Shown here in pieces: positions 57,565 to 64,000 of a DNA stretch of 64,000 nucleotides. The stretch lies in the IMG/VR virus record IMGVR_UViG_2061766007_004183; one strand, written 5' to 3'. The notes beneath the pieces are model-generated. The model was given only the letters and a program-made list of their open reading frames with translations. It ran no database searches and had not been told where the DNA came from. The stretch comes from an uncultured virus (IMG/VR IMGVR_UViG_2061766007_004183) (lineage: Duplodnaviria; Heunggongvirae; Uroviricota; Caudoviricetes). The position numbers and the translations under genes are program-made. Numbering within the stretch: the first letter of the stretch is position 1; each line of letters opens with the position of its first letter.

Positions 57565-58320
57565 GTGCGGAATACCATCATTGAAAACCTGAAAAGGATC
57601 GAAGAAATTGAAAACGTACGTATTCTTATGGCCGTTGAATCCGGCAGCAGAGCCTGGGGCTTCGCGTCTCCGGACAGCGATTATGACGTCCGTTTCATCT
57701 ATGCTCGCCCTACTGAAGAGTATCTGCGCCTTGACGAGCAGAGGGATGTGATCGAACTGCCGATCAACGACATGCTGGATATCAACGGCTGGGATATCAA
57801 CAAGACGCTCCGTCTGCTCTATCGGTCAAACCCGACTCTGTGTGAGTGGGCGTCTTCTCCGATCATCTATATGGATAATGGCTTTGTGGAAGTAATCCGG
57901 CCCCTTCTGCCGAAGTATTTCCATTCGAAGAAAGACCTCTATCATTATCTCAGCATGGCGAAGTCCAATTATCGGGAGTATTTGAAGAGCGATGTAGTCA
58001 AAGCCAAGAAGTACTTCTATGTCCTTCGCCCGATCCTTGCCTGCAAATGGATTCTGGACAAGCATTCACCCCCGCCCATGCCTTTTGACGACTTGGTCGC
58101 CGCTGAACTGGATCCAGCTTTGAAACCCGAGATCGACCGGCTCCTGGACATCAAAATGAATGCGCCGGAACTGAAACTCATCCCAAGGATTGATACAATC
58201 AATCATTATCTGGACGAAAGCATTGAAGCCGTTGAACTGGCGCTGGAACAAGTGCCTGATGAAGAGAGAAACGACTGGAATGAGCTCAACAGGCTGTTCC
58301 TGGAGATCATCAAGAACTGA
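57565..58320 (+). CDS. nucleotidyltransferase (YcgL/RlaP-like, DNA pol beta superfamily)
   Basis: AVESGSRAWGFASPDSDYDVRF, SNPTL.EW, KKYFYVLRP. Confidence 0.88.
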   Translation: MRNTIIENLKRIEEIENVRILMAVESGSRAWGFASPDSDYDVRFIYARPTEEYLRLDEQRDVIELPINDMLDINGWDINKTLRLLYRSNPTLCEWASSPIIYMDNGFVEVIRPLLPKYFHSKKDLYHYLSMAKSNYREYLKSDVVKAKKYFYVLRPILACKWILDKHSPPPMPFDDLVAAELDPALKPEIDRLLDIKMNAPELKLIPRIDTINHYLDESIEAVELALEQVPDEERNDWNELNRLFLEIIKN

Positions 58321-58337
58321 GAGGATTCAGCAAAACT

Positions 58338-59082
58338 ATGAGATACTATGTCACAGCTGATGTGCACGGCTTCTATATGCCGCTTCACATTGCACTGACT
58401 GAGGCAGGATTCTTCACGGACCCTAAACCGAATAGACTTATCGTTCTCGGTGACCTCTTTGATCGTGGCGCGGAAGCACTAAAGATGCAGGAATTTGCCT
58501 TAAGCCTGATGAAAGACAACAGGGTCATTCTGGTCAAAGGCAATCATGAGGATCTGTTTGTAGACCTTGCCACGAAAGATCATGGGGCAGCGTACAGTCA
58601 TCATGTCTCCAACGGCACATACGATACCGCTCTCCAACTGACCGGGTTCACCACGTCTGCGGCCGGGCGGAGACCCTANNNNNNNNNNNNNNNNNNNNNN
58701 NNNNNNNNNNNNNNAGCAGATCATTCCCTCCATGCTGGATTATTACGAGACGGAGCATTATGTTTTCGTACATGGCTGGATTCCATGCGTCTATGAAAAC
58801 GGTGAATTCAGCTATATAACAGAATGGCGGAATGCCGGCAAGGACGAATGGGAAAGCGCACGATGGTATAACGGCATGGATGCTGCACAGACCTATATGG
58901 AAGAAAAGACGATCATTTGCGGCCACTGGCATGCTTCATACGGACATTTCAAGTTTGAGCACAAAGGCTCTGAGTTTGGCTTGGATGCGGACTTTTCACC
59001 CTTCTACGGCAACCGGATCATCGCATTGGACGCATGCACCGGTTTAAGCGGACGGGTCAATGTTATCGTTCTTGAGGACTAG
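58338..59082 (+). CDS. calcineurin-like metallophosphoesterase (gapped), paralogue of 4206..4949
   Basis: DVHG, GDLFDRG, GNHE, VHG, CGHWH; ends VNVIVLED like the left copy. Confidence 0.88.
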
Positions 59083-59158
59083 GCCGGCTTAGACGCCCAT
59101 TCCGCAACTCAATTACTTGACATACGTCAAGTGTTTGAAACGATCAAATCAATAGAAC

Positions 59159-59211
59159 ACCGACAGCCTTTTCTGCTTGTTCTTTCAAGAGGAAGGGCTG
59201 CCGGTTTTTTT
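59159..59211 (+). terminator. intrinsic terminator
   Basis: ACCGACAGCCTTTTCT ... AGGAAGGGCTGCCGGT stem followed by a T-run. Confidence 0.6.
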
Positions 59212-59220
59212 CGCCCATTA

Positions 59221-59249
59221 TTGCCATGAACCATGCGGTGTGGTAAAAT
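59221..59249 (+). promoter_or_regulatory. sigma-A promoter with extended -10
   Basis: TTGCCA-17 bp-TAAAAT, with TG immediately upstream (TGgTAAAAT). Confidence 0.7.
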
Positions 59250-59255
59250 GGTTCC

Positions 59256-59413
59256 GCTACACAATCTTAAAGATGCACCTGTAGGGTGGGTTTTTACTTC
59301 GGTAAAAACGCACCTCCTCTTCTCATCCCTACAGGTGACGAAGGATTGTGTAGCAGCAAATGGAGCTCTGCGTTTTTCGGTGCGCGGTTCCATTTGGGGC
59401 TGCGCACTTTTTT
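59256..59413 (+). ncRNA. candidate structured small RNA (~160 nt)
   Basis: Nested stems: 59256-59266/59344-59354 (11 bp), 59276-59286/59327-59337 (11 bp), GTTTTTAC-TTCG-GTAAAAAC; unpaired CACCTCCT; 3' hairpin plus T6. Lies directly after the promoter. Confidence 0.65.
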
Positions 59414-59441
59414 ATTGTCACGGATACAGAGAGAAGATCCA

Positions 59442-59819
59442 ATGATGGGTATTATTACGGAAAACAAGACTCCCAGCAGAACTGACGGAGGCGCATTCTT
59501 CGTCTTCTCGCCGAGAAATGCAGACGACTTTAACCAGCCGTTTCCTCTCGACAAGATACAGCCGTATCGTATTATCGGGTGCATTGCGCTGAATGGAATG
59601 GACTATGAGAATTTTGTGACCGATATGTTGGTCGAGCGCGAGTATCTGGAACCGTTCGAAGAGTTGTGCCGCACCGGGGCTGTCTATGAATGCGTTCTTG
59701 TCTGCCGTCAGGGGAACAACAGAACGGGAATCCTCGTCATACCAGACAGCGGCGGATATATCAAATGTGCTGCCTGTTACGATTATCGGGAGGTCAGTGA
59801 AGATGAAGTCCAAGTATGA
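59442..59819 (+). CDS. hypothetical protein
   Basis: Likely start MMGII; ...DYENFVTDML...ILVIP..GYIKCAA. Confidence 0.55.
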   Translation: MMGIITENKTPSRTDGGAFFVFSPRNADDFNQPFPLDKIQPYRIIGCIALNGMDYENFVTDMLVEREYLEPFEELCRTGAVYECVLVCRQGNNRTGILVIPDSGGYIKCAACYDYREVSEDEVQV

Positions 59820-60063
59820 AGACTATTCGGTCGAAGGACTGAGGAAGGCACTCAAAACCGTCTTTCGCGCTCCTGATCCGAAATGGGATAATGACGAATA
59901 CCCCCCGATAACCGACGAGGAGCTTGCCGAGCTCGATGAGATCATGGCCATACTCAGGGTTAAAGATCCCCTTCCCCCGCCAAGTCACACCGCAGAAGAG
60001 AGCTGGGCAATCTTCAGGGCCGAACACGCAGAGGAATTTGCCAGGCTGGGACAGATCAGCTGA
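59803..60063 (+). CDS. small hypothetical protein
   Basis: MKSKYEDYS...AEESWAIF; GGGAGG RBS. Confidence 0.5.
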   Translation: MKSKYEDYSVEGLRKALKTVFRAPDPKWDNDEYPPITDEELAELDEIMAILRVKDPLPPPSHTAEESWAIFRAEHAEEFARLGQIS

Positions 60064-60258
60064 ACCCGAGGTTTATACCACAGGTATATTTACAAGCCAG
60101 CGATCACGTGTTATAGTAGCCGCAGAAATCGGGCTGTGCCCTGAAAGGAGAGAATCATGCTTTCGTTTAAGTTTGCTTTGTCAATTAAAGAGCAAGAACC
60201 CTGCCAGTCCAGCAATTATTACCTGGGCAGTGTTTCTGTGCGCTCATATAAGGCAAAG

Positions 60259-60347
60259 TATAACGGCAGCATGATCCGATGACCCCTTTCGGACAGTAAT
60301 CAGAACCTTTCGGCCGCTTGTCTTATATGAGGCAGGCGGCCTTTTTT
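60259..60347 (+). promoter_or_regulatory. putative attenuator leader of rtcB
   Basis: TATAAC (60259-60264), mini-ORF ATG ATC CGA TGA (60271-60282), GGCCGC...GCGGCC hairpin plus T6 (60312-60347) just before the rtcB RBS. Confidence 0.55.
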
Positions 60348-60375
60348 GTGTCCATGTACGGAGGCGAAAACCAAA

Positions 60376-61547
60376 ATGTTAGAGATCAAAGGAAAAGTGA
60401 ATACCGCGATCTGCTACGCCAAAGTCATCGAGGACGAGGCTGTCGAGCAGATCAGGCGCATGTGCGATTATGCCTTCACAGAAGGCAGCCGGATCCGGAT
60501 CATGCCCGACGTACATGCCGGTGCGGGCTGTACGATCGGAACGACCATGACGGTCCTGGACAAGGCGGTCCCCAACATCGTCGGCGTGGATATCGGCTGC
60601 GGCATGTATACCGTGAATCTTGGTCAGGTCGAGATCGACATGGAACAGATGGATGGCGCCGCGCATTTCATCCCTTCCGGCTTGAACGTTTGGGAAGGCC
60701 GGAAGGAGCGCTTCGACCTGCTCGACCTGCGCTGCTACCGCGGCTTGAAGGACGCCCGACGTCTTGAACGCAGTCTGGGTACGCTGGGCGGCGGCAATCA
60801 CTTTGTTGAGATCGACCAGTCCGCCGACGGTACGAAGTACCTGGTGATTCACTCGGGTTCCCGCAACCTGGGAAAGCAGGTTGCTGAGTTCTACCAGCGC
60901 CTTGCAATCGATTTGAGCAAGGGCAAGGAAGAGTACTTTGCCAGGCGAGATGCGCTGATCGCGGAGTACAAGGCCGCCGGCCGCCGTAAGGAGATCGAAA
61001 AGGCACTCAAAGAACTTCGCTGGGAAGAGCACGAGTCGACGATTCCGGAGGACCTCTGCTTCGCATACGGGCAGTACCTCGAAGACTACCTCCACGATGT
61101 GGAAATCTGCCAGCGCTTTGCCCGCCGGAGCCGCGAGTTTATGGCCGAAATCATCCTGCAGCGGCTTGGNNNNNNNNNNACATCGACACCGATGAGATGA
61201 TCCTCCGCAAAGGCGCCATTGCTGCGCACAAGGGTGAGAAAGTGCTGATCCCGATCAACATGCGTGACGGCAGTGTGCTCGCCATCGGCAAGGGTAATCC
61301 CGACTGGAACTATTCCGCTCCGCACGGTGCCGGCCGCATCATGTCCCGCACCGCGGCAAAGGAGAATCTTGATCTGGACGAGTACCGCCGGGAAATGACA
61401 GGCATCTACACCACCTCGGTCAACGAGGCCACGCTGGATGAGGCGCCCATGGCGTATAAATCCTTATCTGACATTATCGACGTGATCCAGGAAAGCGTCG
61501 ATGTGATTGAAGTACTGAAGCCTATCTACAACTTTAAGGCCAACTGA
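60376..61547 (+). CDS. rtcB: RNA ligase RtcB (one assembly gap)
   Basis: MPDVHAG, VGVDIGCG, GTLGGGNHFVE, IHSGSR, RKGA, SAPHGAGR, DEAPMAYK. Confidence 0.93.
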
Positions 61548-61746
61548 GCCGGTTCCTTTCCGGCTCTGCGNNNNNNNNNNNNNNNNNNNNNNNNNNNNNN
61601 NNNNNNNNNNNNNNNNNNNNNNNNNNNNNNNNNNNNNNNNNNNNNNNNNNNNNNNNNNNNNNNNNNNNAACGAAGCTCCGGCAGCCTGAAGCAAGCAGGC
61701 GCCGCAGTTGAAGCGGCTGTGCGACTGCAGAAGGAGCGTAAATGAA

Positions 61747-61804
61747 ATGAATCTAATACCGGTCATCGACATGACCGCAACGGGTATCAACATCACCCGT
61801 CTTC
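61747..61804 (+). CDS. N-terminal fragment of a probable XRE-family HTH protein (ends at gap)
   Basis: MNLIPVIDMTATGINITRL behind AAGGAG; resembles Clostridial XRE regulator starts. Confidence 0.4.
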
Positions 61805-61815
61805 NNNNNNNNNNT

Positions 61816-62880
61816 CCGGTAGACCAGGCGTGGCGCAAAGCACTCCAGGCCTGCAATGATTTCCTAGCGGAGGGAACCCAAATCGACATTGTGTTCGCCG
61901 TGCTCAGTTCTGATAGCTTCGAGCTTGGGCAGAAAACGCTGAAGGAAATCACCCCGCAGAAAACAAGCGCCGTGAAGAGCGATTGGAAAACCTCCGAAAT
62001 GCCTTTGCAGCACGATCATTTTACCCTCGGCCGCAGTTTCACCCCTGGACAGATGAAAGCCCTGCGCAAAGGAAATGTCCCCCAGGAGATGGAGGACAAG
62101 TGGTTCTGGTACATGGAGGGCGATACGCTGTTTGCCCATCGGAGCTGGACCGGATACTGCATCTACAGGATCGACTTTTCACCGGACAATCATCATAAAG
62201 TGACCGTCAATCGCGATCCCGAGCAGTATACATGCACCAGCACTGATGAGGATAGGGATCAGCTGAACAAACTCCTCGACTGGTGGACCAAGGACTCATA
62301 CGATTATTATCATGAATGGCTGTCCGAGACAGTAGATTCTTTGAAAAAAGCAGGTATGATCAAGGACCAACTGAATGTCGCCGGTCAGGAAGTTGATGCG
62401 ATCTTCTTCCACAAACCGTCTGAACCTCACGGTTTCCTGAGTAACTGGCATCCTTCTCCCTTCGACCTCGACGGCGTCCATTTCACTTCCGCTGAACAAT
62501 ACATCATGTTCAAGAAGTGCATGCTCTTCGGTGACGTGGCTTCTGCTAAGAAGGTTCTTGCAACAGAAGACACAGAGGAACAGCAAGCCATTGGCCAGAA
62601 CGCAAAAGGCTACGTCGGCAAGGTGTGGGAAGGAATGCGTCAGCTTGTTGCCGTTCGCGGTCTGCTTGCGAAGTTCTCCCAGAACGAGGACTTGAAGCAG
62701 ATGCTGCTGGATACCGGCGATGCCTGGCTAGTGGAGTGTGCGCACAGAGACATCATCTGGGCTTGCGGCATCCGTCTCAATGAGGATGAGCGTTTTGATT
62801 CGAGCAAATGGCGCGGGAAAAACATCCTCGGCTTTGCTCTGATGGAAGTTCGATCAATTCTGCGTGGGGCTAAAGGCTGA
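61816..62880 (+). CDS. NADAR (YbiA-like) domain protein, multidomain, N-terminus lost in gap
   Basis: C-terminal FLSNWHPSPF, SAEQY, KFSQN..L...LL.TG..LVE....D.IW..G, W.GKN.LG.ALM. Middle domain MEDKWF...HRSWTG. The first residues look like a macrodomain C-terminus. Confidence 0.85.
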   Translation, partial: PVDQAWRKALQACNDFLAEGTQIDIVFAVLSSDSFELGQKTLKEITPQKTSAVKSDWKTSEMPLQHDHFTLGRSFTPGQMKALRKGNVPQEMEDKWFWYMEGDTLFAHRSWTGYCIYRIDFSPDNHHKVTVNRDPEQYTCTSTDEDRDQLNKLLDWWTKDSYDYYHEWLSETVDSLKKAGMIKDQLNVAGQEVDAIFFHKPSEPHGFLSNWHPSPFDLDGVHFTSAEQYIMFKKCMLFGDVASAKKVLATEDTEEQQAIGQNAKGYVGKVWEGMRQLVAVRGLLAKFSQNEDLKQMLLDTGDAWLVECAHRDIIWACGIRLNEDERFDSSKWRGKNILGFALMEVRSILRGAKG

Positions 62881-62955
62881 CTCTGCGCACCAGCCTTGAA
62901 AGGCAACTCGAAACATTATCTGCTCAGGAGAAGCGATAATTTCAGGTAAAGATTT

Positions 62956-63717
62956 ATGACTAGGAAAAAAGCTCGCTATGGCGATTACAAGAAGCGGCAG
63001 AAGATCCGAACAATTGTAATCGCTGTGATTTGTACTATCGCGATTATTTCTCTCCCGCGGATAATCAGCGCTTTGCGGACCCTTCAAACGCCTAAACCTT
63101 CTGTCCTGGGAACAGGTTCATATTCCGCAACAGACTTCAGTATTCCGCAATACTCCGGGTCAGCTTATGTAGAGATCAATGATAATATTCCCTTTTTCCA
63201 GGAGTCAGATATCACGACTACGGCATATGAAGAATACTGCCCTTTAGACAGACTTGGAAGATGCGGTCCTGCCATAGCCTGCCTCGGGCGTGAACTGATG
63301 CCAACTGAAGAGCGCGGGGAAATCGGCATGATAAGGCCTTCGGGGTGGCACACGGTAAGATATGACGATCTTATCGAGGACAAGTATCTCTATAACCGCT
63401 GCCACCTGATCGCCTATATGCTGGCGGGAGAGAATGACAACGAGCTAAATCTGATCACCGGGACAAGATATATGAATACTGGAGGTATGCTCCCCTTTGA
63501 GATAGAGATCGCAGACTATATCCTGGCGACCGGAAATCATGTGCTTTACAGGGTGTCCCCCTACTACTTTGAAAACGATCTGGTCGCAACTGGGGTGCTT
63601 ATGGAAGCATATTCCGTCGAGGACAACGGTCGGGGGCTGACCTTTAACGTATTTGTCTTTAATGTCCAGCCAGGGATCGTTATCGATTATAAGACCGGAA
63701 ACAGCAGTCGCCGATAA
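62956..63717 (+). CDS. membrane-anchored DNA/RNA non-specific endonuclease (DNA-entry nuclease-like)
   Basis: N-terminal TM helix; LDRLGRCG, PSGWH, YNRCHLI, NLITGTRYMN. Confidence 0.88.
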   Translation: MTRKKARYGDYKKRQKIRTIVIAVICTIAIISLPRIISALRTLQTPKPSVLGTGSYSATDFSIPQYSGSAYVEINDNIPFFQESDITTTAYEEYCPLDRLGRCGPAIACLGRELMPTEERGEIGMIRPSGWHTVRYDDLIEDKYLYNRCHLIAYMLAGENDNELNLITGTRYMNTGGMLPFEIEIADYILATGNHVLYRVSPYYFENDLVATGVLMEAYSVEDNGRGLTFNVFVFNVQPGIVIDYKTGNSSRR

Positions 63718-63768
63718 TCTGCAGGTATTCGTATTTCTTATTATGTCTAGCGCAAGAGAGGTGTCAAA

Positions 63769-64000
63769 ATGGCGAGAAAGCGAATCGAAAACCCGAAAGT
63801 GTTCCTTTCATACGCATGGGGTGAAAAAGAGTACCAAAACATGGTCCTTGCATTTGCCACTCAACTAGTTCGTGATGGAATTGATGTTGTCTTCGATAAA
63901 TGGGATTTGGCTGAAGGAAATGACACAAATGCATTCATGGAAAAGTGCGTAAACGACCCAACTATCACAAATGTGCTGATGCTCCTCGACCCGCTGTATG
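63769..64000 (+). CDS. SEFIR/TIR-domain protein (runs off the right edge)
   Basis: Not in the ORF track. Manual translation MARKRIENPKVFLSYAW...LVRDGIDVVFDKWDLAEGNDTNAFMEKCV; GAGAGGTG RBS. Confidence 0.8.
   Translation, partial: MARKRIENPKVFLSYAWGEKEYQNMVLAFATQLVRDGIDVVFDKWDLAEGNDTNAFMEKCVNDPTITNVLMLLDPLY

Noticed and set aside
59115..59132. Palindrome ACTTGAC-atac-GTCAAGT containing TTGACA
   Set aside because: No matching -10 at 16-18 bp and no second copy seen, so it cannot be supported as a promoter or operator.
61708..62880. 390-aa ORF read as one HTH-NADAR fusion
   Set aside because: It reads through a gap joining an XRE-like start to an unrelated C-terminal part; most likely chimeric.
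1..64000. CRISPR arrays, tRNA/rRNA genes, integrases, transposases
   Set aside because: None recognised by eye; the gaps (notably 61571-61668) could hide short elements.

Overview
A gap-containing scaffold, probably metagenomic and from a Clostridia-like Firmicute (judged from gene content and GGAGG ribosome-binding sites), that is almost entirely accessory DNA. It has five blocks. (1) 1-11.9 kb, minus strand: a stress/repair cluster with a WYL regulator plus a probable second WYL gene cut by the window edge, an XRE-like regulator, a MoxR AAA+/vWA pair, a metallophosphoesterase, a Thg1-like 3'-5' polymerase with a P-loop kinase, an ADP-ribosylglycohydrolase and a Sel1 protein. (2) 12.2-23.9 kb, plus strand: an ICE/phage-like module (Zn finger, two sigma-like proteins, ssb flanked by hairpins, a second AAA+/vWA pair, orphan MazF) with no integrase or relaxase visible. 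(3) 24.0-26.7 kb, minus strand: a run of small, mostly very acidic proteins. (4) 27.2-56.4 kb, plus strand: a helicase-dense defence island. Its core is DISARM-related (ARMADA-like): SNF2 helicase, adenine MTase with an AT-rich swapped specificity region, nested Shedu and DUF262 nucleases, a 2095-aa YprA/DUF1998 helicase-nuclease, and a RelE-like-UvrD. Two more helicases and sbcDC follow. (5) 57-64 kb: RNA-repair and ADP-ribose erasing genes (macro, NADAR, nucleotidyltransferase, rtcB), a secreted nuclease and the start of a SEFIR/TIR gene. Non-coding highlights are two repeated operator motifs (one shared between the left cluster and the defence operon), a ~160-nt promoter-to-terminator structured ncRNA candidate at 59.26-59.41 kb, and an attenuator-like leader in front of rtcB. 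All family assignments come from motif recognition by eye; no database searches were run.
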